DNA from: Octopus vulgaris
Lineage: Eukaryota
Direction of reading: 5' to 3'
Assembly: GCA_951406725.2 (NCBI GenBank)
Contig: OX597831.1
Coordinates: forward strand, 59,210,001 to 59,274,000
DNA length: 64,000 nt
This document shows, in pieces, positions 24,040-38,600 of this stretch (positions are counted from its first letter, which is position 1; every line of letters begins with the position of its first letter). A program made the position numbers and the translations under genes. The notes beneath the pieces were generated by a model, which had not been told where the DNA came from, did not search any database, and was given only the letters and a program-made list of their open reading frames with translations.

Positions 24040-24345
24040 TACTTGTCCAACTTCATTACCTTGCTGAGTTAGAATCAAAACATCAAACCTTGCTGCTAAC
24101 ACATGCATAGTTTGAGATGCTATCGCTTCCATTACAGTTTCTGGCTTATCATTATCCACCTTGGTCTCACTCTATCACAGGGTTGATTTTCAAAAGTAAA
24201 GTCACCAGGCTGGATCTTCTTCAAACATACATGTACAATGCTCTCATTCGCCACATCTTCACCAAACACCTAATTGATGTTTCGAGCTGTCTGGGATGAA
24301 TTGGTTCCACGACCGTACTCATATTCATAAACAACTCGAAATTAA
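24040..24345 (-). mobile_element. mariner transposase N-terminal (HTH) remnant
   Basis: YEYGRGTNSSQTARNIN*VFGEDVANE...GDFTFENQP...VDNDKPETVMEA..SQTMHVLAARFDV. Confidence 0.8.
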
Positions 24346-24529
24346 TTTAAAGGAGTAAACTCAATGCATAATCAGACACCATGAATTGCATTTCGAAACG
24401 TGATGATGTAACTCTTCGATGATGTAAAATATTGAACTGCCTGAATAAAATATTAGAGTTAAAGACTTTTCATTCTTAATGACTTGATACTTAACCATAT
24501 ATTGATTTCATCGAACTACAAATTCCTAA

Positions 24530-24830
24530 TATCTTTCAAAGTAGAATCCTCTTACTTCGATGCAGTTGTAGCGTTTCATCCACTTCGTAAAAGCACCGTA
24601 TAAGCCACCAAAATGAAGGTGCCCATCCTTAACACAGCGTCTATTTCCTCAATGTCTTCAAACCCTCTGACACTGGAGTTCTCCTTCAGCGTGGGGCAAA
24701 CGGAAAGTCGCTGGGAGTAATGGCTGTACAGTAATAAGCATGAAAGACAGTTGTGACGCCAAACTCTTTGACGTAGTTGTGTACCAGAAAGAATCGTGAC
24801 AATCAAAATTTGGTAGGTCAAGTCATTAAA
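24530..24830 (-). mobile_element. mariner transposase C-terminal remnant
   Basis: PSDF..LKEN..RGFEDIEEI...YGAFTKWMKRYNCIEVRGFYFE. Confidence 0.7.
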
Positions 24831-24932
24831 TGTATAAAAATGATATACTAAAATTAGAATTATCTAGGAAAGTCATAACTGCCTCTCCTAAAATTGTTTC
24901 AAAGCTTCTGAAATGCACCTCTTTCATATAAG

Positions 24933-25060
24933 CCTACCTACCTACCTACCTACCTACCTACCTACCTACCTACCTACCTACCTACCTACCTACCTACCTA
25001 CCTACCTACCTACCTACATACATACATACATACATACATACATACACGCATACATACATA
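24933..25060. repeat. (CCTA)n/(CATA)n tetranucleotide microsatellite
   Basis: Direct reading. Confidence 0.97.
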
Positions 25061-26364
25061 CAGGCATGCATAATTGTATATGTAAATATGTTAAGTGTGA
25101 ATGGATGCGGGTGTATGTATACAATATTAAACTTAGATGCATACACCACATAGATACGTCTCCCCAATTTCATTTCCATTCCCCTCTTCTTTACTAATAA
25201 TAAACATTTCCAATAACTCCTTCCCAAGTATGTAAGATTTGAATCATTATGCGTTTTAGAAGAGTAACAACTGACAGTTCTCACTTTTAATACTTACATA
25301 TTTCCGAAGCTATTAACTATTTTCTTCTGTTATTACTCATCATCATACTGCTTGGTATTTCAATTTGGCGGTTTATTATAAAATTCCGCAAGAGTAAACC
25401 ATGTTTATATCTCAAGTATTGATATACTACCACGACTATAGCGTCGATTCGAACAATTGTCTTGTGTTAGTGGCAATCAATATTAATGAAAGTAAAATAT
25501 ACTTTGTTTTTATTTTAGAAATATTTTGTAACTAACCTTTTATCATTTCAATTTTTCAATTATTTAAGTAACAGTGAATTAAAAACATCAAGCGTCCGTT
25601 ATATATTACATTCGTCTCAGCTAACTTTCTCTAAGCCTTACATTAAAGCCATTGTTTTATATTTAAATTGTTTGATATCAAAAAGTGTATTTTACACAAT
25701 ACATTCTTTTGTACTGGCTAAAATTATGCTTCATCATTCATCATTTTAAGTGAATTAATGGGAAATATCTTAATTGTTGTTCAGTATTAATTAACAACAA
25801 AATTGCTTTACGCATACATTGTCAAAGTAATAAATTTTGTTTAATGCACCTGAACTCCTATTTATTAATCTAAGCCAAATCATCATCACTTTGTCCTTCT
25901 GTGTTTTCCGTACTAAATGAATGGCCGTAGCTTGTATAACACTGATGTAATTTATACGTTAGCCTAAGATTGAAAATGAATATGCATGGATCTCTCAATT
26001 CATTTTATTTATGACGACGCCATCATTGTAATGTGTAAATGCTGAATTTTAAAATTAATCAGTTGCTTTTATATATACGGTATTTAACACAACATCGTCT
26101 CTTATATAATGGATAATATCCAGTTGTGTGACATGGCTAAGTATATTAGCATTCTAATAAGCGTTGCCAGAACAGTGAAACCGTCGTTATATTTTAAAAT
26201 TATTGAATTTTAACTTTCATAACGTGCTTTAGCAAAATAAGCCATTCTGCAACAAATGCTATTTTATATAAGGTTCAAATGCATCGAAAATATTCTCCAT
26301 ATTTTATTCCTGAATATAACAGGTTTAGCTATTTTGTATTAATGCACTATTTATTATCCATAGT

Positions 26365-26631
26365 CTTTACTCTTTACTTTTTTACTTGTTTCAGTCATTT
26401 GACTGCGCCCATGCTGGAGCACCGCCTTTAATCGAGCAACTCGACCCCGGGACTTATTCTTTTGTAAGCTCAGTACTTATTCTATCGGTCTCGTTTGCCG
26501 AACCGCTAAGTAACGGGGACATAAACACACCAGCATCGGTTGTCAAGCAATGCTAGGGGACAAGCACAGACACACAAGCACACACACACATATATACATA
26601 CACACGCGTATATATATATATATACACACGC

Positions 26632-26664
<33 letters not shown>

Positions 26665-26845
26665 TACGACGGGCTTCTTTCAGTTTCCGTCTACCAAATC
26701 CACTCACAAGGCTTTGGTCGGCCCGAGGCTATAGTAGAAGACACTTGCCCAAGGTGCCACGCAGTGGGACTGAACCCGGAACCATGTGGTTGGTAGACAA
26801 GCTACTTACCATACAGCCACTCCTGTGCCCTAGCCACTCCTGCGC
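26365..26845 (-). mobile_element. SINE family A, full-length
   Basis: Reverse complement of 831-1233. Confidence 0.88.
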
Positions 26846-27252
26846 ATATTTGACTTTTTTTTTAAATCAAAGGGCTGGAGAAAATATGAATAATCCAACT
26901 AATATCAACGGAATGAAAATATTTGCCTGCTTATTCTGCTATAAAAAGAAATTTATTCGGGGAATTTTTAGGCAAATACTGAATAGATTAGATTTCATAC
27001 GTAAACTTTCCTGACAAACGTCATATTTGCATTGTACGTAACAGAGTAATAATCTGCCAAACATATACAGTCTCACTAACACGTGCACCGTCTCGCTCTT
27101 TGTTCTTCTTTGGTGCACATTGCTAGAGGGGCGGCCATGCTTACACTGTAAAACCACAAAGAAAAATGGTGTGATCAGGCTCAAACTTCGACCATGTGAC
27201 CAGAATAGTACCAACTACACTCACGACTAAATAAGTAGACATTTGTATATAC

Positions 27253-27442
<190 letters not shown>

Positions 27443-28306
27443 ATAATTCATGGATAGGTATATATCTAGATAAATACATATAAACACATATAAATGTAAT
27501 GGACATTTTCAACACAAACAAAACTCTATATAATAGTCCATTTCATATCGTCTAGGAACGTTTCAATTTCTTCCCTTCATTCATATTTTGCAATTAAGAT
27601 TGCAAAATGCATTTTAAAGGTAATGCTCTCTACAATCGTCATGGCAAAAATTGACAAATATTCGTTCACATCTTAATGGATGTAGAGTTTCTAACAGACT
27701 GAGATACCAGCATGCTAATGTATATTTTATGTATGTGATTATGTGCTCCTTTTGAATACCTTTCTAAAAATAGCTTGAGGTTAAACTACGACCACAGTGG
27801 TCAGTTGTACTCATGAGGAACTAGCTCATGCTACCATTCTCCTTATATCGGTTTTGTAAAGACTCGCTATCATTTTTACTTCTACTCACTTTTGAAAAGA
27901 ATTAAAAGAAAATATATTTTGTATATTAGCAGGAATCCAAATCAATATATTTATGTAACGTCTACGTATTTAGTCGCGAGAATTTTAATCCTTATTACGA
28001 TTTTCATTTATTTAGATATATCAGTCATATATTTTGATAGTGTATGTTATTATATATATTTTTAATTAAATCAGTTTTTATAATTAATCGGGTCATAATT
28101 CACTATGTATTACATGAATTGAGTTGGGCTATTTTCCAGTGGTGAGGGTACATTTCATTTTAAGGTTTCACTCTACGTTCCCCTCAATTTCTATCAATAC
28201 TGGAGTGTTTATTTAAATATGATTTATTACTTAAAAATTTATTATTGACGGAATCCAGAACCATGTGTTTGAGAAGCAAATTTCTGACCACAAAACCACT
28301 CCTGCG

Positions 28307-28402
<96 letters not shown>

Positions 28403-28553
28403 AATTAAGGACTGAACACGAAAAGTGGACAGTCAACATGCTAGATATAGACGTCAAATCGTCATTCACCACAAAAGATTATGTTCTCAGATCAAACTCA
28501 ACACAAAACCATAGCAATAAACAAGTGAAAAATATACGAAATAAAATAATTAC

Positions 28554-28618
28554 CCATGTACTAACTTAGTTTCAGCTGTTATTTTCCGCAAGGAAAACTG
28601 CAGCCATCATCAGCATGG
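28554..28618 (-). ncRNA. Type-I hammerhead ribozyme in a Penelope pLTR-like segment
   Basis: ccatg-CTGATGA-T-GGCTG..TTTTCC(ttgc)GGAAAA..CAGCT-GAA-ACTAAGTTAGT-A-catgg. Confidence 0.75.
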
Positions 28619-28856
28619 TCCGTTGTAAATGTAATTTGCTGGACTAGATGCAAACACGATACCGAAATATCCCGTGCATGGAGTTCAGCCTATTACATTT
28701 GAATATATCTTTCAAATGCCTTTACTTTGGCGCGTTGAAACCCGAGAAAACTAGCCTGCAGCTAATAATTAGCAGCAGTTAATTTATCGGTTAGAGAACA
28801 TATTTATTTATATAAAATTAATTAAGGGTAGAAATTGATATTTATCAATTAAGACC

Positions 28857-28907
<51 letters not shown>

Positions 28908-28961
28908 CATACATATGTGTGTGGGGATTTGTTAGCGTGCATTTGTGTGTGTATGTTTGTG

Positions 28962-29006
<45 letters not shown>

Positions 29007-29229
29007 ATACATACATATATCCCTAATTTGTTTAATGTAATTCTTAAATTCTATATTTTGATCCATCAGCAGATAGTAAGGGTTTCAATGGGTATTCCTC
29101 TATTTTATTAGTATAGTTCTACATAGGTATTTATTCCCATAATGCCTATTTAATTATAATTAATTGGAATTACTATACTTATACCTCTTCCTATAATGAA
29201 TAAGTTTATCTATTTATATTTATTAGACA

Positions 29230-29785
29230 TATATTTAATACTATATCGGCAACAAATAACTCTGTCTCTTATTGTTGATTAATTTGTGCTTGGATGTAAT
29301 GAACTGGAAATTTTTCCTCAACAACTTTTGCTTCGAATGCTATAACGCTTCGCTCTGACAATTACTTCCCTCTTCAGTGTATATACATTATTTTTGTAAT
29401 CAATTACCTAAAGTAATCTATTTAAACTAGGGCCAGTTTTTAGTTCTCAAAGTCCTTTCATGGTTGGTTACCCGGCTTTTTCTATAATTTGTCTTGGAGC
29501 CTATATAGCAGTAATCATATTCCACTGATGTTACATTACACCTATATCTTAAACTTGTTTCTCTACAATAATTTCGTATGTTCCCTTTTGTTGGCACAGT
29601 CACAGGTTTTCTTTTCAGGACAGTTCGCTGTTTCCTTACTTTAGCTAATGAGTCAAATTCCTTTCCTTTCCTGTTCTTATATATCTTAGAATGGATATTC
29701 TCACATATTTTATGTTCGCTGTTGCTACTATAAGTATTAGCATATATATTTTAGATTATTTGCATTGCTGTTATTATTATTATTA

Positions 29786-29852
<67 letters not shown>

Positions 29853-31440
29853 CCTCATCATCATCATCCTCATCATCATCATTATCATCCTCATCCTCAT
29901 CATCATCATCATCATCATTATTTTTATTTTTATTATTACATTTATCTATTCTAAATTTTGTAGGCTGCAAGTTTACATTTTTCGACCTTCGTGGGGTAAA
30001 CATTAAGGGTTACTTCTCTTCCGTCCCCTGTTGTGTATTTCTTACTATCGTTATGATCTTCGTCCTTTTGATCGTTTTGTAAATCATTTGTATTTGCCTT
30101 ATTCCTGTTATTACAAAATTCATTTAATTACTTTAGTGTATAGTGCATGTATAATTTGTGCAATGATTTTTGAAACGCAGAAACCCGCTCTTAATTTATG
30201 TGAATTTATTATTTTGTGAATTTTTCTTTGCTTTTAAAAGTGTTTGGTTACCGCTTTGTAAAGTAATTTCACTATATCGGTTCTAATTTGTTCTGGAAAT
30301 GGTATTATGAACCGTGATATATTACCTTCATAGCAATTATTTTTAGAGTAATTATTCTGGATGTTAATTACTTTTCTACATGAGGTATAATGTTATACAC
30401 AATTGTCATGCATATTAACGTTGAGGCTCTCAATTACTACCTTCTTATTATTTCTTATCCTATTTAGGATGTGATTTAAGTAGTCAGAATCTTTATTATT
30501 ATAATGATTTGTGTTAGGCCATCTTTCTATTGTGTTATCTTAAATAGTTATTAGTTCCTCACTGTTTCTATCTATATCTCTTTGTTTTTGGTTTATTTAG
30601 GCTTTCTATTATTTCTTGGTGTTTATTCTTATATTATTCTCATCTATTTTACATCGAATTCCATATGTAATCATGTTTTACTTAGGTTTAATTTAATTCT
30701 ATTATTGTGAATATCGTTTGGTGTAGAGTTCTCATTAGAATTTACGTTTAGTTCATAATATTTTAACTTTCGTTTGGATCTTACTTCATGAGTATAGTTC
30801 TTATTATTATAGTTATCCTTTAGTCCATAGTATTTCAATGTTTGCTTATGTTTTACTTTATTTAGTTCTATATGATAATAGTCCACATTCTATTTCACAA
30901 TTTCCTCATTCTTCGAGAGACTCGAAATCCGTTTTGATATATTTTCAACTAGATTTCGTGTAATGCTTCTTGGTAGGTTACTGTTGGTGCCATTGTATCG
31001 TAGGTTGGTATTCTGCTTCTGTTAGTTTTTATACACCCCTGTTTCTAGATGGCGGGCTTGTGTTCATTTTCGATATGGATAGTCCTATATTCTAGAAGAA
31101 TTTATACATTTTTCGTATATATTTCTAATCTCCTATTAGATAAGTCATCTATTGCAAAAAATGCATCATCCCTGTATAGACCGCCCCCTAGCTCCGGGAA
31201 TTCCTTAAGTTAAATAATATATATATTCCCAATAACTCTGTGGCCTGTGGTAATATAGAAGATTTCAATGTAATATCAAAGCTATCGCTAGTGTCCCTTC
31301 TTACACAATATTTGCTATCAAATTTTATGATGGTTTTTCTACCTGCTAATATTATGTTGATTTCACTCATAGTTAGATTAGAATTGCTTTTTGCAAACAA
31401 GGGAGCCTTATTTAGTAGCATCAGGTTCATTCATGAATAT
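29230..31440 (-). mobile_element. Degenerate Penelope-like retroelement (RT, N-rich linker, GIY-YIG)
   Basis: SFDITL..ELLGIYIL; YRDDAF; ISKRISSLSKNEE; CRETSLRYRCNV..CYIGSKTNYRKSRVTNH. Confidence 0.8.
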
Positions 31441-31443
31441 TAG

Positions 31444-31510
<67 letters not shown>

Positions 31511-31785
31511 TTTGTATAAGTCTTTACTCTTTTTGTTGTCTAATTTATTTAACCAATATATTACTTCTTATGTGTTGAATATGTTATTCAAATTCTGTTC
31601 TTCTTTATAGAATGGTATGAAAACATCTATAATGACGACTGGAACATATTAAGTGTTAATACAAATACTAACAAGAATTAATGAAATCGATATGGAGCTA
31701 AGCTGGTGTACAATTGGATAAATACATCCCTGTAACAGACCAACCCCTTTACATTCAAATATATATATTGTACAAGAGCTTCGGG

Positions 31786-31836
31786 TTACCAAAGCCATGT
31801 GAGCGGATTTAGTTGACAGGAACTGAAAGAAGCCTG

Positions 31837-31929
<93 letters not shown>

Positions 31930-32172
31930 CGTGTGCGTGTGTGTGTATGTGTGTGAGTGTGTGTGTGTTTGTGTGTTTGGGCTTGTCCCCTACTATTGCT
32001 TGACAACCGATGTTGGTATGGTTAAATCACCGACAATTAGCGGTTCGGCAATAGCGACCGATCGTATAAGTACTAAACTTGCAAAAAATAATTCCTGGAA
32101 TCGATTCGTTCGTTTAAAGGTGGTATTCGAGCGTCGACGCAGAGGTAACTGAAACAAGTAAAAGAGTAAAAG
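31786..32172 (+). mobile_element. SINE family A, 5'-truncated
   Basis: Matches 935-1233. Confidence 0.8.
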
Positions 32173-35100
32173 AATACATACATACATACACACACATATC
32201 TATATCTATCTATCTATATATCTATCTATCTATCTATCTATTTATCTAACTATCTATAAATATATATATATATATATGAAGAGATTTTAGTCTAAATCAC
32301 TCCCGTTAGCCAATACCCGTAGCGAGCTATATATAGATGTGAATGCGTCGGTGTGTATGTGCATGTGGATGTAGCTACACACACATATATCCTCATTTAT
32401 ATACTACGCTTATACATACACACACAGGCACACACACTTACGCACATGTTTATACACAATCTCAGGTTTAAATCTCTGATGAATTATAATTTAACGTATA
32501 AGGAAATTATGGCATCCGGGATAAAATGTTTAGTTAGGATTTACAAGAACGCAATGCAATTTGAATTTATACCATCTGCTATGGAATGTAGCTGTCTTGA
32601 CTTCTAAAATTCCTATGGTTTTTCAATTTATTTAAAAGTCAGGCAGTTTCAAATATGACACATTCCACGTGTTACAGACCTGATATTCCGCACATCTACA
32701 AGCACAAATGTTGTATTGCTTCAAATCCTGAACGACATCATGATGTATTTTCATCTGCGGAATATCTAATACGTACATATGAACAATACCCTGCCAAAAT
32801 CTTTCTAATTTGACCAACGATATATCTAATCGTTATAATATAGTTATAGATAAAATAGTTAGAACGTGGAAAGTCTGTCTTTCTCTGTAGATTACGTTAT
32901 ACAAGAAGCATATCCATTCACTTAACGTATTAAGGTGTGAACTTAGTGATTTGGTTGCATTTCTTGAATGCAATTTGTTCAAACTGAGGCTATGAACTAG
33001 ATGAAGTAACGCTACATGTTTAATCTACTTGTGTGCCTTGTTGGTTCTAACATTCTGAAGGACCGAGAATTCATTAAAAATTTTCCTTTAAGAATAGCTA
33101 TCGTATTGTAATAAATTTGTAAAGGGTGATAAATTTTGCGCTATGAGAAAGTAACACATCACGCACTTTCAAATGTATACAATTCTCTTAAATGTTTCTT
33201 TGCAACTAATTGAAAAGGGTTAGTGAATGACATCGGCAATAGTAGTTAGTAATGTTACAATTTATTGCAGCTAGATAACACAAGTATCCGAAGATCACAA
33301 TATCAGTCAGAGGTGTGGAGTAGCGACTGAAAGAAGAAAAGCACCTATTCCACAGCAAAATTTCCTCTGCTACTTATATTCTCTCTAATGCATAAAATCA
33401 AGCGAGTTATGTGTCTTAAGTTTAGTGAAATACAGTTGCAATATTACTGGATCGTTTGGAACAACTGAAATAGAATAAAATTGGGGTTTCCTAATTGTTG
33501 ATGAGATGCCCCTCCTTCATTCTGTTTGTTAGTAAAATACTTAAAGTGTAACACTAACTGTATACTTTTGCAGTAGGACAACTGTATTTAGACATATCCA
33601 AATCACTGGAATTTTATTGTGTTGTAATACAGTATATAAGGTTTCTAATTTAATAGACGAGAAATAGCTGGATGTCTCTTTCTGGATTTATTTTTAATAA
33701 TCGAGTAATCCATCAAGAGAGTGTGTATAATCCAATTTACAATATTAATGCATTCAATTTATAAATTGCATCTATTTTCAGCAAATATATTTCAAAGACA
33801 TGACAAATAATTTTTATTGATTAATTCAAAGCAAAACAATTTGATGATTACTCTAATTTAGTTTATCTTTTTTTATAACACAATTCATAATACATTAAAT
33901 ATAACGAGACTATCAACACATTATTCAAATTATACATTTATAATCATACAACCGCCGCAAAGAAAAGAATCGCATAGAAAGAGATGTAATCAGAGACCAA
34001 ACGTTTGAATATGTATGTGAATGAATTCCTATGCGTGTACTTATGTGAGTATGTTTGTGAATGTTTGCGTATGTTTGTGTGCATTTGTTTGCTTAAGGCG
34101 TCACATATATCGCCTTGCGAGATTCAGGCGAATATTATACTTCATACTTTCAGATTCATTAAAGTTCATGGACAATCTGTTGTAGTTGTGGTTGTTGTTG
34201 TTCTCGTTGCTAGTGATCTTCTTATTCTTGTTCTTGTTCTCCTCCTCTATTTATATTTTCTCTGGATGAAATAAACTTTGTTTAGACTTGAAGACTCCAT
34301 CAATTTCAAAATGCCCCAGAGTAGACATCAGCATCGACAACACATCTTCTTTCATAGTTCCCCAGTGCAGCAAGATCTTTTAAAATCAATTGAATGAGCC
34401 AAGTCATTTTGCATGAGTTTAGTACCCTATTACTACTTTATCAGGATTTAAGCCTTTAAGGAAGAGAAAATGTATATGTATGTATTTATGGGCATAAGCA
34501 CAAATTCCTAAGATGTCGAAAATGATGCGAGGCCAAAATAGTTTGTCTTTATATGATAATGAATTGAATTATCTTCTTTTAAACTGTTTAGTTTCTATGT
34601 GAAAATTCATTCGGAGTATTTCTTTCATAAATGCATCAAAAACACAATATAATCTTCGGGGTACAGTTAGTAAGGTTAATGTATTAATTCGATCGCGCAT
34701 AAAAGAATATGTCCAAAGAGCAATTATTTATTTTAAAATCTCGCACATACGGGTTTTATAACACACGTTTGACTGTCAATCTACTTAATTAGGGACGTTG
34801 CCCTTAGGGACTAACTAATATCAACATCTGCAGCCGATGCCACTTTTTAGGGTGATTTCCATACTTCCTTTTTGGAACATATTGAAGTGGGCAAATCGAT
34901 TGGTAACTGTGACACAATAGAAAATACAGTAACTGTATATAATCTGGTGAAATAAATTTATGCTAATATAAATAGATATATCATCCCTACTTGAATTTAT
35001 TTCATATCACCTAGGAATGACTCAACCATCAAAGGTAGTGAGATGTAGGATATATATATATATATAAGATTTTACAATGCATAAACTGCGAGTATGACAT

Positions 35101-36117
35101 TGTATCAGTCCTCACTAAAATAAAAAGAAACAAATATGGGAAAATGATTGAATTCACACAGGCAGATAGGTTTCTCTAGAGAAACTTCAAGTATACCATA
35201 GCAAAGATAGAATGTTCATTTCATGCGAAAATATTTTAAAGATGTATTTACCTTTATCGACAAAATTTTACTATTACTTAAAATGAATAACTGTCGTATT
35301 TAAAAAGATAAAAAAGGAATTTCGAAACGCAATTAGCTACGATTGGCTGTATATCGACACTCTTAACAGATGCAGGATCTTTCTTAGCATCCAAATCCGA
35401 GAAGTGTAAAGTTTACTCTCAAAATATTCTCAGATGTTTTAGTGATTAAAATCTGGTGCTTCTTTTATAAAACTGAGAGACGTAAACGTGAGTGAATCTT
35501 TTCCAATATAACTTATGTATTCAATGGGAGAAAATGCAGAGTTATGGAATAGATTATTCAATATATTTTCCAACTAATACATCATATTATGTTCTTGACC
35601 TAGAATTATAGAGCATATTCGTATTTTATTAATAACAGCATGAGATTAGTGTTAATCATCTTAATATAAAATGGCTGATATCTTTGTAATTAACACCACA
35701 CGTCAACCTTTTCTTTTCTAGCCGCAAGAACAAGTAATCATTAGAATCTATCAAAAAACGAAACAAAATGTCGACGACGGGGAAATATTTAACCTCCTAT
35801 AACGAATCTCTTAATCTAAGGAATATTATCAAGTAGCTCATGCTTTTACGTACGAAATATATATTTTTAAAATCTGAAATAAGGTTTGGGTGAAAATAAA
35901 GAAGTGCAGTTATCTAAGCATCATCGATTTCCATTAAACCCTATGCAAATAACTTTGCCTTATGAAAGAGTAATTTGACTATAGTGGAAATATAAAATTG
36001 TAGAAAGTTTCAAATACTAACACACACACGCACACACATATATACATTTGTATTCATGTGCTATCTGAGTGTATTCCACTGATGAAGGCAAAGCATTTCT
36101 TATGCAAAGCCAGATCT

Positions 36118-36192
<75 letters not shown>

Positions 36193-36194
<2 letters not shown>

Positions 36195-36302
36195 GGCCAG
36201 CTTCTTTCAGTTTCCGCTACCAAATCCACTCACACATCTTTGGTCAGCCCGAAGCTATAGTAGAAGACACTTGCCTAAGGTGACACGAAGTGAGACTGGA
36301 CC

Positions 36303-36303
<1 letters not shown>
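36193..36303 (-). mobile_element. SINE family A 5' half (inverted relative to the adjacent 3' half)
   Basis: Reverse complement of 877-990. Confidence 0.8.
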
Positions 36304-36334
<31 letters not shown>

Positions 36335-36340
36335 TTCTCC

Positions 36341-36377
<37 letters not shown>

Positions 36378-36429
36378 AATATATATATATATGTGTGTGT
36401 GTGTGTGTATGTCTAGGTATACATATTTC

Positions 36430-36636
36430 TGAGTCTGTGTTTGTTCCTCCACCATGGCTTGACAGCTGATGTTGATGTGTTTACATACCCTTAAGCAAGC
36501 GGTTCTGCAAATGAGACCGATAGAATAAGTACTAAATTTACAAAGACTAAGTCTTCAGTTCGAGTTTTTCGACGAAAGGCCGTGCTCCAGCATGGCCGCA
36601 GTCAAATAACTAAAATATTTAAAAGAATAAAAGAAG
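36430..36636 (+). mobile_element. SINE family A 3' half
   Basis: Matches 1024-1225. Confidence 0.8.
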
Positions 36637-36989
36637 AATATATATAAAGTGAACAGGTGATATGCATTGTGGTACCTGGATGTATTAAGGCCTGAACAGA
36701 AAGAATACAATAAGAAAAGTCAGGCAAAAGAAGAGTAAACTGAAGAGTAGACGAAAACTAAACAGACGGGAAATAATCAATAAGACACATGGAATATTTT
36801 CAGCTGAGTTTTCCTCTTCAGTCAAAGATACAAAGTGCCATAACAGTTTCACGTCAATTACCGTTGATACTGTTCAATTTTGCTGGCGCGAGTACTTTTA
36901 CGAAGCAATTAGGTAAAAGACTTATATCGATACAACAGGCAACGTATTATGCATATATAACAGCACGAAGCCTTATGGTTATATACAAA

Positions 36990-38360
36990 CGAGGAAAAAC
37001 GCAGTAGTTATTATACATATATCATAAATGCAACAGAAAGATCTTTGCAGCTGTCGAACGGACTAAGTGGGGTTGCGCAAAGAGAAAACAGAGTAAGTCC
37101 TAGAGGACAATACAGACATAGCAAGAGCGTGACCAGTATAGTCAAAGGGAGGGCGTAAATCGACACCGCTTTTACCGGGAACTAATTATGTGGTTTGGAA
37201 GAGGAAATGTTGAGAGAGGGAATGAGGGGGCGACAGAGAGAGAGAGAGCGAGGGAGAGAGAGAGAACGAAAGAGCAGAGGCTGAAAGAGAGGGAAAATGA
37301 CAAAGAGAAAGAGAAAGAGAGTGAGAACGAATGAGTAGAGTGAGAATGGGAGAGGGAAGGTGTCCAAGAGGCAAGAAAGGGCGGAAAGAGAGAATGCGGA
37401 TGGAGAAAGAAAGAGTAAGATTAAGGGTGGAAAAAGATAGAATAAGAATGAAAGAGGGGAGAGAGAGAGAACGAACATAAAAGGGTGACAGAAGAAAGAA
37501 GGGGATAGAGGTGAGTGGTACAAAAGTAATGAAGAAGCAAAGAGAGGGAGACAGAGAGAGAAAGATTATGGGTGGAAAGAGGGGAGAGAGAGAACGAAAA
37601 TGAAGGAGAGAGAGAGGATGTAGGCTTGAGTGGCACAAAAACAATCAAGGAATGCTGAAACTCTCTTCGGTCATGACTGACCATAAGATTACACCTAGAA
37701 AGTTACCCTCCCAGGCCCAAGTCTGGGCAAGGTTGTTTATGGAAGACCAGCAGTCACCGATGCATACGGGCCTCCCCTCTCCACACCACCGATGTTATCC
37801 AAGGGAAAGGCAAAGGCTGATACTTTTTGCCACCTGTGACGTCGCAACTCATTTCTACAGCTGAGTGAAATGGAGCAACGTGAAATAAAGTGTCTTGCTC
37901 AAGACAGAGCACAAAACGCTTTTGTCTAACTTTTCTCCTTGTTATATTCTCTCTGTTCAACCCTTGATACATCCATGTAGCGCAAGGCACGTCATTTGTT
38001 TATTTTATTGTAAATATTCCTTCAAAATGTGTGTATCACTCTTAACACGAACTCCACCCTTTCTCCCTCTGTCCCCCTTTCTTTTTCGTTCCTTCTCTCT
38101 CTGTCTTCCCCTCCTTCCCTCTTACTTTAACCTTTTCAACCCCTAATCTTGCTCATTCTATCTCCCACTCTTTCCCTTTTACTCTATTTTCCCACCCCTA
38201 ATCTTACTCTCTTTCTCCATCCTTACCCTCTCTTCCCGCCCTCGTTTGACTTTCCCCCCTCTCTCTCACGTTCTTACTCTGCTCATTCGTTCTCTCTTTC
38301 TCTCACCCTTTGTCATTTCCGCTCTTTCTCTCTATTTCTTTCTTTTTTTCTTTCTTTCTT

Positions 38361-38398
<38 letters not shown>

Positions 38399-38600
38399 CT
38401 CCTATCTCCCTCTCTCAAAAAGCGGTGTCGTTCTTTTTTCGCTCTACCCTTGACAACACTGGTCACGCTTCTGCTACGTCCGTTCTGTGCTCTAGCGCTT
38501 ACTCTATTTTCTCTTTGTGCAACACCACTTAGATCGTTCGACAGATGCAAAACTATTTCTGTTGTATTTGCGATATATGTAAAATTATTACATCTTTTCT
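36990..38600. repeat. Large imperfect foldback: unique arms plus purine-rich and pyrimidine-rich inner arms
   Basis: 37010-37175 is an imperfect reverse complement of 38417-38590; GA-rich 37200-37620 mirrors CT-rich 38050-38415. Confidence 0.75.
37660..37905 (-). mobile_element. SINE family C, 5'-truncated
   Basis: Reverse complement of 3205-3455. Confidence 0.85.

Noticed and set aside
36738-36765. CTGAAGA-GT-ag-AC-GAAA hammerhead-like string
   Set aside because: Stem II is only 2 bp and stems I and III are unsupported
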